From Promethearchaeota archaeon Loki_b32 (GTDB lineage: Archaea; Asgardarchaeota; Lokiarchaeia; Sigyniarchaeales; SOKP01), in assembly GCA_005223125.1 (NCBI GenBank), contig NJBH01000012.1:41074-105073 (forward strand): DNA of 64,000 nt, read 5' to 3'. Each line of letters begins with the position of its first letter. Positions within the stretch are counted from its first letter, which is position 1. Position numbers and translations under genes: made by a program. Below are positions 20,577 through 30,497 of this stretch, piece after piece. The notes under the pieces are model-generated. The model was not told where the DNA came from. It ran no database searches and worked only from the letters and a program-made list of their open reading frames with translations.

Positions 20577-20867
20577 TTACCAAGAATGAGTTATTGCTCC
20601 AAGTTCACAGACTTTTACACATGGTAATTCTTTTTCTTCACCACTAGGTTTACAAGGAGCACATGAGTACTTTATCTTCTTGCGGTGTTCATCAGAAACG
20701 GTTGCAATAATTTCATCACCTAAAGGATCTAATTCATCTTCTGCCATTTCAAGAACTCCAGCGGGGCATACTTCTACACATTTACCACATGAATTACATA
20801 AATCCGTATCAATAGTAATAAAATATTCTCCTGAACCATCCTTATAACCATAGTTTGCCTTTGCCAT
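20577..20867 (-). CDS. bzdM: Benzoyl-CoA reductase-associated 2x[4Fe-4S] ferredoxin
   Basis: ANYGYKDGSGEYFITIDTD, CNSCGKCVEVCP, IKYSCAPCKP..PCVKVC..AITHSW; directly downstream of bzdQ. Confidence 0.85.
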   Translation of the reverse strand: MAKANYGYKDGSGEYFITIDTDLCNSCGKCVEVCPAGVLEMAEDELDPLGDEIIATVSDEHRKKIKYSCAPCKPSGEEKELPCVKVCELGAITHSW

Positions 20868-20905
20868 TTATTTCCCTTTATTTTTAATTAATTATTAAAA
20901 TAAAT

Positions 20906-21793
20906 CTAAGATTTTTTACGTTCTTTTTCAACAAGAGCTTTAGCAAACAAAGCGGCGCCAATTGCTCCTGCAAGTTGGGGGTCAATACTAGGTTCTGGAG
21001 CTTTGAGTTTCAACTCATCTTCGATTCTCTTTACAACTCCAATATTTTTAGCGATACCTCCAGTTATGGCAAACTTCTCTTCTATTCCAAGTCGTAATAA
21101 CAGTGTTACAACACGATGTGCCATAGCTGAACAATATGCTGCTAAGACTTTTTCTTTTGGCCAACCTTTTCTAAGCAATCCAACGGCTTCTGATTTGGCA
21201 AATACTACACAAGTACTACTAACTGGTTCAGGTTCTTCTTCAACCTCTAAGGACATTTTTCCTACATCATTAATGTGTACTTGAAGCAAATCTGCAAAAA
21301 CTTCCATCCCTCTACCTGTTCCTGCTGCACATTTGTCATTCATGAGGAAAGCAGTTACTTTACCGCGTTGATCACAGCGTATTGCTTTACAATCTTGACC
21401 ACCCATATCTAACACAGTCCTTATCTCAGGACCGTAAATAAAGTTTGCACCTCGTGCATGACAAGCTATTTCTGTAATTGCTCGTTTTGCGAACGAAACA
21501 TTAACTCTTCCATATCCTGTTCCAACAATATATTGAATTTTATCTAAAGATAATCCCGTTCCATCAAGTGCCCAATCCATAGCATTATTAGCGCTATCTG
21601 GACTATCACTACCAGTTCGCATACTTGAATAACAATAAATTTTCCCATCAACCATTATTACTGCTTGGGTACTGACTGAGCCAACGTCTACGCCAGCCGA
21701 TATAATATCAACATCTTTCCAATTAAGATCGGGGTTAGTATAACGTGATTCGGTCCATCTCCAATATTCTTTATTTGATTCTGCATTTGACAT
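20906..21793 (-). CDS. bzdQ: Benzoyl-CoA reductase, Bzd-type, subunit Q (ASKHA ATPase)
   Basis: EYWRW N-terminus, GVDVGSVS, TEIACHARG, DMGGQD, NDKCAAGTG, STCVVFAKSE; ATG at 21793 follows GGAGG. Confidence 0.92.
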   Translation of the reverse strand: MSNAESNKEYWRWTESRYTNPDLNWKDVDIISAGVDVGSVSTQAVIMVDGKIYCYSSMRTGSDSPDSANNAMDWALDGTGLSLDKIQYIVGTGYGRVNVSFAKRAITEIACHARGANFIYGPEIRTVLDMGGQDCKAIRCDQRGKVTAFLMNDKCAAGTGRGMEVFADLLQVHINDVGKMSLEVEEEPEPVSSTCVVFAKSEAVGLLRKGWPKEKVLAAYCSAMAHRVVTLLLRLGIEEKFAITGGIAKNIGVVKRIEDELKLKAPEPSIDPQLAGAIGAALFAKALVEKERKKS

Positions 21794-21794
21794 A

Positions 21795-22583
21795 TTAATA
21801 ACCTCCAATTTTATCTTGCGCTACAAGCGCAGCTCCTAAAGCACTCACATATTCTGGAGCTACCCCATCTTTTGGTACTAAGAGCCCAAAACCTAAGTTT
21901 CTGTTCATTGAATCAACAAATCCAATATTATTCGCAACTCCGCCTATCAATGCGACATCTTTCTCAATACCTATTTGACGTACCATACTCGTGTTTCTAT
22001 CCGCAATTGCGTCATGAACAGCTCGAATAATGTCTTCTTTAAGAGTTTTTTGGTGAATTAAGGACACTACCTCTGATTCTGCAAAAATTGTACATTGTGC
22101 GTTTATAGGAATTTGTTTTGCTGATTTTAAAGATAATTCTCCCATATTTTCGATATCTACTTCTAATGCTCTTGACATAGCTTCTATAAATGCACCTGCT
22201 CCCGCCGCACATTTTTCATTTATTCCAAAATCTTTAACTTTTCCTTTATCATCGATTTTTATTACTAATCCTTCTTCTGCTCCGATATCAATTATAGTAC
22301 GAGCTGAAGGGAAGATAGAATAAGTACCCCGAGCATCTGCCGTTATCGTAGTGATTGTATTATGGGAAAACTTAATTGCTTCCATCCCTGCTCCTGTAGC
22401 AGTAATATGTTCAATTTCTTCACGTTTAATTCCTGCTTTTTCTAGAGCACTCTTTAATGCTTGTTCTGCTGATTCTTCTTGGTCAAAACCACTTAATACA
22501 GAAGCTGTTGATAAAACAACACCTTCTTTTACAATACATACTTTTGTATTTTTTGAGCCACAATCAATTCCAGCTGTTATCAT
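21795..22583 (-). CDS. bzdP: Benzoyl-CoA reductase, Bzd-type, subunit P (ASKHA ATPase)
   Basis: GIDCGS, DIGAEE, NEKCAAGAG, NAQCTIFAESEVVSL. Confidence 0.9.
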   Translation of the reverse strand: MITAGIDCGSKNTKVCIVKEGVVLSTASVLSGFDQEESAEQALKSALEKAGIKREEIEHITATGAGMEAIKFSHNTITTITADARGTYSIFPSARTIIDIGAEEGLVIKIDDKGKVKDFGINEKCAAGAGAFIEAMSRALEVDIENMGELSLKSAKQIPINAQCTIFAESEVVSLIHQKTLKEDIIRAVHDAIADRNTSMVRQIGIEKDVALIGGVANNIGFVDSMNRNLGFGLLVPKDGVAPEYVSALGAALVAQDKIGGY

Positions 22584-22630
22584 ATTAAACCATTTTTCAT
22601 TTTTTGTTTTAAATCATTATTTTTTTAAAT

Positions 22631-23110
22631 TTAATTATTAACATCATTGAATTTTAATCGATTTAGCAAGAGGACTAATATTAAATCGAAAATCATTAAA
22701 ATTGGGATAGGAAAGATTATAACAAATAAATTATCTCCATCTGAATTCCTAATAAATATTCTAGGTATAGATAATACTAAAGGAACTATCTCACTAATAA
22801 TACCAATTAAAAAAAATTGTATTTTATTATATTTACCAACAATTAGTAGTAAAACATATATTACAAAGACAAGTCTAAAAAAAACAAATTCAAAATAATA
22901 AAGAAATGCACTGAAAAATCTTACTGAATACCATGCAGGGCTAAGAGGAACTTCCCATATCATTGAAACAATACTGTTTGGGCCCTGTGGAGCAAGATCT
23001 ATCATAATACCGAAAGGAAGTAAGAAAACTCCCAGAATTGTTAAAACACCAATTATTATTAATATATATCTTTTCATGAGATTATTTCTTATCATGTATT
23101 TTTTTTCCAA
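22631..23110 (-). CDS. Hypothetical membrane protein (about 4 TM)
   Basis: Four hydrophobic stretches; same strand and tightly packed between bzdO and bzdP. Confidence 0.7.
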   Translation of the reverse strand: MEKKYMIRNNLMKRYILIIIGVLTILGVFLLPFGIMIDLAPQGPNSIVSMIWEVPLSPAWYSVRFFSAFLYYFEFVFFRLVFVIYVLLLIVGKYNKIQFFLIGIISEIVPLVLSIPRIFIRNSDGDNLFVIIFPIPILMIFDLILVLLLNRLKFNDVNN

Positions 23111-23121
23111 TATTACTCTAT

Positions 23122-24438
23122 TTATTTCAAATCAATTTTTTCTATCTCTAATGATTCCATAAAAGCATCTACACGCTTCATAGTTCGCTCAAGATCGAAT
23201 TCTCTCTCATCTCCCATGTTTCCTTCAAATGGCATTGTTGGAATCCCAGATTGTTGAATCGCTAAACGATTTTCCGCAATTCCAAGACTTAATCCTTCAC
23301 ATCCCCTATTAAAATGAAGAAAAACTCCATCTAGTTTCCATTCATTGGCGATCCGAATCATCATATCAGATTTGAGTTTTGGATGGTAAAAGTGTTGCCA
23401 TTCTGGTTTACTCAAATTCCAATCTGCGAGAGCTCGTAGTGCTTCATCTCGATTAGTTATCTCAATATCAGGAATCGTCTTTGGACCCCAGGAACCATCT
23501 TCTTTATCTTCCCATAATCCTATAAGGCCAAAAGTGTAAAGACTCCCTATAGAAACGCAACCATAATGCTCTAAATAGCGAAAAATTCTTAAAAAAGCCC
23601 ATGGAGGTTGAGTATCCGTCATAATTCGACATCGCTCATTTCCAACAGCAGCTATGCCTCTCTCGACACGATCCTTTACTTCTGGATATAGCTCTTTTTC
23701 ATAGAAATCTGCTGCCCATTGAGCTGATTTTCTTAACGTCCCCAAAACATATAAAGAATACATAGATTTCTCGTCTAAAGGAGCAGGGATTGCTTTATTA
23801 AGTTCACATATTGCAGCCCAATAATGGCATGATCGGAATTCATTTTTAACTGCTTTAATTAAGAGTTCATCATCATAATCTCTTCCTGTGATCTTTTCAA
23901 GCCATTTAATTCCATCATGCATCTGACCAACAATATAGTTGATCTTATGTTCTGTTCGTTCTTCATATGGACCTACTGAAACATCAATTGAAAACATTGG
24001 AATCCCTCCTTCGAGGTCACTTGCTACTTGATACCACTTAGCATGGGAACAACAAATATGATCTTGCCAGATGAAATCAGGCTTGGGAAATTCTTCGGAG
24101 AATTGTGGCCACGCATATTTATTTATAAGAATAGATCCCCAATAATTTCGCATATAAGAACAGAGATCTCGTGCAAACCCCTTTGCTTCAGCTGCTTCCT
24201 GACATTCTAAGGCTAATTTATCATTGAATGCAACAGTAGCACCATAAGGTTCTCCCGTCAATGAATATATATCCTCTCCTAAACCAGCAGGAATTGCATC
24301 AAAACTCCATGCACCTCCGGCCCATCGGAGTCCACCCTTATCATGAGCCTCAGCAAAATCTCTATAATAATTCTCTCTGAGAATTTTAGCATTATTCCAA
24401 CACTTTAATGGTTCCATTGGATATTTTGTTTCTGTCAT
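23122..24438 (-). CDS. bzdO: Benzoyl-CoA reductase, Bzd-type, subunit O
   Basis: [47 protein letters not shown]. Confidence 0.93.
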   Translation of the reverse strand: MTETKYPMEPLKCWNNAKILRENYYRDFAEAHDKGGLRWAGGAWSFDAIPAGLGEDIYSLTGEPYGATVAFNDKLALECQEAAEAKGFARDLCSYMRNYWGSILINKYAWPQFSEEFPKPDFIWQDHICCSHAKWYQVASDLEGGIPMFSIDVSVGPYEERTEHKINYIVGQMHDGIKWLEKITGRDYDDELLIKAVKNEFRSCHYWAAICELNKAIPAPLDEKSMYSLYVLGTLRKSAQWAADFYEKELYPEVKDRVERGIAAVGNERCRIMTDTQPPWAFLRIFRYLEHYGCVSIGSLYTFGLIGLWEDKEDGSWGPKTIPDIEITNRDEALRALADWNLSKPEWQHFYHPKLKSDMMIRIANEWKLDGVFLHFNRGCEGLSLGIAENRLAIQQSGIPTMPFEGNMGDEREFDLERTMKRVDAFMESLEIEKIDLK

Positions 24439-24449
24439 TTTTATACCTC

Positions 24450-25589
24450 CTAAAAAAGATCCTCCTCTCTTAATATTTCTAAAAACGCCTCAACACGCGT
24501 TTTAAATTGACCAATTGGTACGGTAACATCAAATTCAAGGAATATTGTAGGAACTCCAACATCATTCTCTAAGGCTTTCTTGATTGCAGGGGTGTCCAAT
24601 TCGTGTGGGTCGCAAAACTTCATTTGCATAACGATAGCTCCTTGTATATCATATTCCTTTGCTAATTTAACAATGTGGTCTACCCGTGTTCTTTCAGGCC
24701 AGTCTTTGCTCGGACAGGGTATACGTTTTACATATCGTTCTGCGATTGATGCTAATGCATCTCCATTTGTATTTACTTCTTCATAAAAATATCGAGTACC
24801 AGTACAATGTTCATCAATAACAATTCTCGAACCTAAATCCTCAACCATGGCTATAAATTTAGTATCATCGTCCTCAGAGCCTAATATCATAAGTCGTTCA
24901 CCAGGTTCATCTAAACTTCTTGAGGGAAGCTTTTCTAAAAGTTCTACTAAAGCTTTATTATGTTCTCGTTTATCAACCATCTGGGAAGATACTACCATAA
25001 TCATTGCTTCAAGCCCCGTCAATGGTGGATTTGGCTGTTTTCTAAGCTCATATACTTGCTGTAAAAGCCGTCTATTAGTATTCATAATCTCAATTCCTCG
25101 TTTGAGATCCTCTTCAGTAATTTCTTTTCCTGTCCATTCTTCAACTGCTTTCTTGAATTCTTTTAGCTCCTCTGTTAAATAAGGAATCGCTCGAGGGCTC
25201 TGAATGTGCATTGGATGTGTTAAATAATATGTAAAGTCCACAGGAATATGAAGATCCCAGCTAGTAAAAGTTTGTCTAATATGGAGACAACTTTGAGCAA
25301 TTGTAATTCCATCTAGATAATCAAATCTACCCTTTAATCCCTGCGCTAAACAATCACGGCAGAAAGGGCAAAACATAGCAAAAATATGCGGTTCAGAGAC
25401 ATCTTGTGGCTCGTGACTACCCAATATCCTTACTGGTAGAATATCAGCAGCATAGAGGATTTCTTCAGGTACATATGTACAGAAAGTTCCTATTACTTTA
25501 CCACCAGTACGTTCTTTCCATTTTTTCGCATATTCATGACGGTTTTCATACCAGTCTTTAAATTGTTCAAACACACTTATTGCCTCCAT
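24450..25589 (-). CDS. bzdN: Benzoyl-CoA reductase, Bzd-type, subunit N
   Basis: [50 protein letters not shown]. Confidence 0.93.
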   Translation of the reverse strand: MEAISVFEQFKDWYENRHEYAKKWKERTGGKVIGTFCTYVPEEILYAADILPVRILGSHEPQDVSEPHIFAMFCPFCRDCLAQGLKGRFDYLDGITIAQSCLHIRQTFTSWDLHIPVDFTYYLTHPMHIQSPRAIPYLTEELKEFKKAVEEWTGKEITEEDLKRGIEIMNTNRRLLQQVYELRKQPNPPLTGLEAMIMVVSSQMVDKREHNKALVELLEKLPSRSLDEPGERLMILGSEDDDTKFIAMVEDLGSRIVIDEHCTGTRYFYEEVNTNGDALASIAERYVKRIPCPSKDWPERTRVDHIVKLAKEYDIQGAIVMQMKFCDPHELDTPAIKKALENDVGVPTIFLEFDVTVPIGQFKTRVEAFLEILREEDLF

Positions 25590-25698
25590 TTATACTGATT
25601 CTATAATAATTATCATAATAAACCATTTTAATTCAAATATCCCCTTGATTCATTCTATTTTGGAAAGTTAAAAGTAAATTAAAAATTTTATTAAACCT

Positions 25699-26745
25699 CT
25701 ATTTTTGACATAATATTAATATCCTAATTCCTTCTCCCTTACGCATAACTTCAAAAGCTTCATTTATTTCTGAAAGTGGGAATTTGTGGGTAATTAACGG
25801 TTTAAGCTGAAGTGAACCATTTTTTACCAAGTCTATAATATGTGGATAATCAACGGGACGGCAACCAAGGCTTCCCATTATTTCCATTTCTCGAAACATT
25901 ACACGACCGATATCGAACCCATCCCAACGTTTGGGTGAATATCCTACAGCAACCAGACGACCTCCAGTTCGCAAACTATTAAATGCTTGTTTCATTGTTG
26001 CGGGATGTCCAATTGCTTCAAATGCTATATCTGCTCCACCTCTTGTTATTTTTCGAATAGCTCCAACAATTTCTCTCTCATCCATACCTTTTGCTAAAAC
26101 AGTTTCTACAGCTCCAATTTGTTTAGCAATCTCTAGCTTTTTTGGGATAATATCGACAGCTATAGGCAAACCACCTGCAGCTTTTACATTTTGCACCACA
26201 TTCAAACCAATCCCACCACAACCTATAACAACTACCCAATCGCCAGGTCTTACTTGACCTCGATTTTTTACAGCATGATAAGGTGTTGAGACTGCATCTG
26301 AAATGATACAACTTTCTTCTAATGACATTTCAGTGGGGAGGTGGACTACATCTTTTATAGGAACCTTAATTTGTTCTGCAAATCCCCCATCAATATGATT
26401 ACCAAGCATTATTTGATTAAGACATATATTTTCTCTACCAGTTCTACAATTAACACAATAACCACAGGAAAGCACAGCGGGAATAATAACATGATCCCCT
26501 TCTTTGAAGGTACTTACATCATCACTTACATCTTTAATACGTCCTGAGATTTCATGCCCTAAAATAAGAGGTGGCTGTTTAACTGTTGGTACACCATGTT
26601 CTAAATAACCAAAATCAGTATGACAAACACCACATGCTTCTATTTCTATTATAGTTTGACCCATTTCACCAGAAATATTTGGGTCAGGATAATTATCATC
26701 TAGTTTTAAAGGCTCCTTAACCTTTTCAAAAACTGCTGCTTTCAT
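25699..26745 (-). CDS. had: 6-hydroxycyclohex-1-ene-1-carbonyl-CoA dehydrogenase (Zn-dependent MDR)
   Basis: CGVCHTD..YL..GVPT, GHE, PAVLSCGYCVNC, DAVSTPY, SLGC; context next to bzdN. Confidence 0.88.
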   Translation of the reverse strand: MKAAVFEKVKEPLKLDDNYPDPNISGEMGQTIIEIEACGVCHTDFGYLEHGVPTVKQPPLILGHEISGRIKDVSDDVSTFKEGDHVIIPAVLSCGYCVNCRTGRENICLNQIMLGNHIDGGFAEQIKVPIKDVVHLPTEMSLEESCIISDAVSTPYHAVKNRGQVRPGDWVVVIGCGGIGLNVVQNVKAAGGLPIAVDIIPKKLEIAKQIGAVETVLAKGMDEREIVGAIRKITRGGADIAFEAIGHPATMKQAFNSLRTGGRLVAVGYSPKRWDGFDIGRVMFREMEIMGSLGCRPVDYPHIIDLVKNGSLQLKPLITHKFPLSEINEAFEVMRKGEGIRILILCQK

Positions 26746-26813
26746 CTTAAATTCCTACAATTTGTTTTATTTTTATTATAATTTAAACCTAATTCTTATT
26801 AAATTTAATTAAA

Positions 26814-27581
26814 TTAACGATTCTGCCAATTGGGTGACCGTTTCTCTAAGAATGCTTGTAAACCTTCATTCGCATCATGCGTAGACATTAATTCTTTAAG
26901 ATAAAATTCTTCGATTTCATCTAATTGCGTATCAAAATCGATTCCTAAAGCTTTGTTGAATGCTTTTTTAGTGTATTGTAAAATAATGGCGCTGATATCA
27001 TTAAAAGATTCAATAAATTTAGTAAAATCCTGCTCATATGATTCAAGTGGGAAAATATGATTAGAAATCCCAAGTCTATATGCCTCATCAGCATCAATTA
27101 TATCACCTAGCATGATAAGTTCAAAAGCCTTTTTATTTCCAATGATTTGGGGAAAAGCCAATACGGCAATGGGTGGAATTACACCTACTTTTATTTCGGG
27201 TTGCCCAAATTTTGCTTTATCTGAGGTGAGTACAATATCACAGAATATGGCAATTTCACAACCTCCACCAAGAGCAGCTCCTTTAATGCTTGCAATTGTT
27301 GGACATTTTAGTTTATTAAGCTTTCTGAAAATTCCATGAAATTCCTTTATCATTTTGGGGGCTTTATCACCCATATGATCATCAATATCAACTCCCGCTG
27401 AAAATGCTTTTCCATTATGATCAAAAATTACTGCCTTTAATGATTGATCTTCGAGAAAACCTTCAAGAGCTTTATTAATCTGCTCCATCATACCTATTGT
27501 TAAGATATTTAATGGACCATTGTTGAATATTATCTTTCCAATATTATTGGTTTTTTCGACTATAATTAAATCATTTATCAA
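26814..27581 (-). CDS. dch: Cyclohexa-1,5-dienecarbonyl-CoA hydratase
   Basis: Crotonase motifs FSAGVDI..H, ALGGGCE, GQPEIKVGV; lies between oah and had. Confidence 0.85.
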   Translation of the reverse strand: MINDLIIVEKTNNIGKIIFNNGPLNILTIGMMEQINKALEGFLEDQSLKAVIFDHNGKAFSAGVDIDDHMGDKAPKMIKEFHGIFRKLNKLKCPTIASIKGAALGGGCEIAIFCDIVLTSDKAKFGQPEIKVGVIPPIAVLAFPQIIGNKKAFELIMLGDIIDADEAYRLGISNHIFPLESYEQDFTKFIESFNDISAIILQYTKKAFNKALGIDFDTQLDEIEEFYLKELMSTHDANEGLQAFLEKRSPNWQNR

Positions 27582-27669
27582 TTTATATCATCCAATATAG
27601 CTATTATTTTCTTTTATACTACTTCTTTCCTATTTTTTCTAAAATAAAAAAAATTTTATATTTATACTA

Positions 27670-28638
27670 TTATTCGAGTTTAGCTCCACATTTACCACAA
27701 AACTTGAAATCAGAAGGTATATTCTTAGCTTGGCATGAAGGGCATGTCACGGAAGGTGGTCCCCATAAAAATTCGGGATGAGGACTTTCTCGTACACCTC
27801 TATAGTTTGGAGGGCGTTTTTCTACAAATGCAGACATTCCTTCAAGTGGCTCCCATGAAGTATAATGAATTGACAACCAATCTTTTGCATGTCCAATTGT
27901 TTGGTGCCAAACAAAATCTTTCCAGAAATTAACTTGTTGTTTTGTATACCTCATACATTCTGGGAATTTATCAATAAGCTTCTGACAATATTTATCAATT
28001 TCATCATCTAATTCTGCATATGGTACAACAGAATTTACTAAACCCCATTCTAATGCTTTTTCTGCTGAGATTGGTTCACACAGAAATAAGATTTCTCTTG
28101 CTCGGCGATCACCAACTATAATGGGTAACCATTGAGTAGCACCACCACAAGCAACAGATCCTACTCTTGTCCCTACTTGTTGAATAGTGGCATGATCTGC
28201 AGCTACAGCTAAATCACAAGCCATTTGCCATTCATTACCACCGCCAGCAACGATACCATTAATTCTAGCTATAGTAGGTTTACCGATATTACGGAAAATA
28301 TCATGAGCTTCTTGAAAAATACACATCCATTTCCAATATTCAGCAGGTTGGACGGTAAATCTCTCTCTATACTCTTTTACATCGCCTCCCGTACAAAAAG
28401 CTTTATCTCCTGCTCCTGTTAAGATTATAACTGCAACTTTATTATCCCACGCGGCATCATGAAAAGCCTCAATCATTTCCATTAATGTAAGGGTTGAATA
28501 TGCATTGTATACTTCTGGGCGATTAATTGTGACAGTTGCTTTCCAATCTTTCTTTTCATAAAGTATTTCTTTAAAATCAAATTCTTTTGGATCCTTAGGA
28601 GTAAAATTTGGTTCTTTTGTATAAGTCATTACTATCAC
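27670..28638 (-). CDS. oah: 6-oxocyclohex-1-ene-1-carbonyl-CoA hydrolase (ring opening) with C-terminal zinc ribbon
   Basis: YNAY, AFCTGG, GGNE..MACDL, GGATQWLP, FPEC..YTK; C-terminal CPSC...FCGKCG. Confidence 0.85.
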   Translation of the reverse strand: MIVMTYTKEPNFTPKDPKEFDFKEILYEKKDWKATVTINRPEVYNAYSTLTLMEMIEAFHDAAWDNKVAVIILTGAGDKAFCTGGDVKEYRERFTVQPAEYWKWMCIFQEAHDIFRNIGKPTIARINGIVAGGGNEWQMACDLAVAADHATIQQVGTRVGSVACGGATQWLPIIVGDRRAREILFLCEPISAEKALEWGLVNSVVPYAELDDEIDKYCQKLIDKFPECMRYTKQQVNFWKDFVWHQTIGHAKDWLSIHYTSWEPLEGMSAFVEKRPPNYRGVRESPHPEFLWGPPSVTCPSCQAKNIPSDFKFCGKCGAKLE

Positions 28639-28728
28639 ATCTATACTTGATTTTTTTGATTTCTTTTATTTTTATTATTATTCTTAGATAATTTTACAAA
28701 TTAATTTAAAATTTGTTAATAGAAAACG

Positions 28729-28826
28729 TTTAGTGGGAATAAAATTCCACTAAAAGCGTATTTCAGATGGAATATGAAAAAGAGTAAGATTTAAACTGAA
28801 CATTAACATAATATCTAATGTTAGAT
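28729..28826. promoter_or_regulatory. Inverted repeats in the divergent promoter region of the oah-dch-had-bzd operon
   Basis: TTTAGTGGGAAT-aaa-ATTCCACTAAA (28729-28754); AACATTA-n10-TAATGTT (28799-28822); ATCTAA-tg-TTAGAT (28813-28826). Confidence 0.45.
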
Positions 28827-28861
28827 TCGAAAAAGAAAATAAAGAATGAGACAGAATAACT

Positions 28862-29143
28862 GTGGTTTCAGAAAAAGAAAAAAGTGAAGAAAATAAGGAT
28901 CTAAATGTTCCACCTAGAGGAAAAGAATGGGAGAGGGGATTCACAGTCGAAGAAAATAGAGTAGCTGAATATGTAGAATTGTATGAGTCAATTGGTTATG
29001 AAGTACGCGTTGAGTCTGCTACCCCTGATGACCAGGAGGAGTGTCAAACATGTTTTAAAACTGATTTTGATAATTTACGAACAATCTATATAAAGCGAAA
29101 AGAAAATAGAGAAAATGAAAAGGATCTAGAAGAATTAATGTAG
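28862..29143 (+). CDS. Small CxxC protein, divergent from the bzd operon
   Basis: WERGFTVEENRVAEYVELYESIGYEVRVE...CQTC...RTIY; composition looks like a real protein. Confidence 0.75.
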   Translation: MVSEKEKSEENKDLNVPPRGKEWERGFTVEENRVAEYVELYESIGYEVRVESATPDDQEECQTCFKTDFDNLRTIYIKRKENRENEKDLEELM

Positions 29144-29154
29144 TTTAACTTGAA

Positions 29155-30411
29155 TTATACATCAAAAGCCCATTCTCCCTTTCGCATGATTGCTTCAACC
29201 GTACCATCTTCAATAATTCCATCAACATCCATCTCTCCTGAGCCAATCATAAAATCGATATGGGTAAGACTAATGTTTCCCCCGGCAGTCATAAATTCTT
29301 CATCAGACATCTTGTCGCCATTTTCTAAGCAAGGTTTATAAGCCTTTCCAAGAGCAATATGACAAGAAGCGTTCTCATCGATTAATACATTATAAAAGAG
29401 TAAATTAGATTGTGAGATGGGTGAACTATGCGGCACTAGTGCAATTTCACCTAAATAACTTGCGCCTTCATCTATTTCAAATACTTTATCCAACATTTCT
29501 TTACCTTTTTTAGCAGTTGCACTTACTACACGTCCCTTAGAAAAAGTCAAAGTAAAATCCTCAATTATAATACTAAGAGGGAGGGGTTTTGTAGCAGTTA
29601 CAATTCCTTCTGTCATATCTCTATGAGGTACGGTAGCGATCTCCTCTGTAGGTATATTTGGAATAAAATCAATCCCATTCTGTGATTTTTCACGACCTCC
29701 AACCCAAATATGCCCTTTAGGTAAGCCAATCGTTAAATCAGTACCTGGACCATTCAATTTCAAAGCTGTATACTGTTTATGATTTAAATATTTGGACCTT
29801 GCGAGGAGTTGGTTAACATGATCATTCCAAGCTAAAACTGGGTCTTTTTGCTTCACGCGACAGATATCAAATATTTTATCCCATAATTTGGCTTTTCGGT
29901 TGTTAGGAGGGAGATCAGGGAAGACTTTATTGGCCCATCCCTCAACAGGTGCGGAAATTATTACCCAATTCGTCACATTTTTCATAATTAATTCACTAAC
30001 AGGCTTATAGTGTTTTAAAGCTGTCCGTTCTACAATTGTCATTAGTTCGAGATCTTGATCAATTAGTAAATCGGGATCAAAGGCATCTATAGTAAGTTTA
30101 GCATCACCTTTTTGTGTGAACTCTAGAGACGCATCTCTTCTCCATGTTGAAAATTCTTCAAAAGAATCCCGAGATGCATGTTGAAGCCTTATTAAATATA
30201 ATTGAGGATCATTCCAAAATACTTCAACAAATCTAGCACCTATTTGATATGCCTTCCTCACAAGTAATCTGACAAATGGGGCTAATTCAAAAATAGGTGT
30301 ACTAAAATCAAAAGGTTGAATTAATAACCGTTGCCCTGGTTGTAAATTAAGACCTACTTTTAAAATTACTTCAGCATACTTTTCTAAATTCTGTTCAAAT
30401 TCTGATGACAT
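29155..30411 (-). CDS. Aminopeptidase, M29 (AmpS/AmpT) family, copy 1
   Basis: NIPTEE, GEIALV, DENASCHIALGKAY, HIDFM. Confidence 0.95.
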   Translation of the reverse strand: MSSEFEQNLEKYAEVILKVGLNLQPGQRLLIQPFDFSTPIFELAPFVRLLVRKAYQIGARFVEVFWNDPQLYLIRLQHASRDSFEEFSTWRRDASLEFTQKGDAKLTIDAFDPDLLIDQDLELMTIVERTALKHYKPVSELIMKNVTNWVIISAPVEGWANKVFPDLPPNNRKAKLWDKIFDICRVKQKDPVLAWNDHVNQLLARSKYLNHKQYTALKLNGPGTDLTIGLPKGHIWVGGREKSQNGIDFIPNIPTEEIATVPHRDMTEGIVTATKPLPLSIIIEDFTLTFSKGRVVSATAKKGKEMLDKVFEIDEGASYLGEIALVPHSSPISQSNLLFYNVLIDENASCHIALGKAYKPCLENGDKMSDEEFMTAGGNISLTHIDFMIGSGEMDVDGIIEDGTVEAIMRKGEWAFDV

Positions 30412-30482
30412 TGGATTTTCATTTAAATTTTTGAATTTAATTAATTATACTGGATTATATTTACTATATTAAAGTTTTACAT
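30412..30482 (-). promoter_or_regulatory. Conserved ~70-bp upstream region repeated before each M29 gene (also ~31764-31835 and ~33127-33196)
   Basis: Minus strand TGTAAAAC(T/A)TT(A/T)A..TAGTAA...AATCCA...AAAAATTTAAA.GAA.ATCCAATG in all three copies; BRE/TATA-like. Confidence 0.7.
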
Positions 30483-30497
30483 TTCAACTATTTCAAG

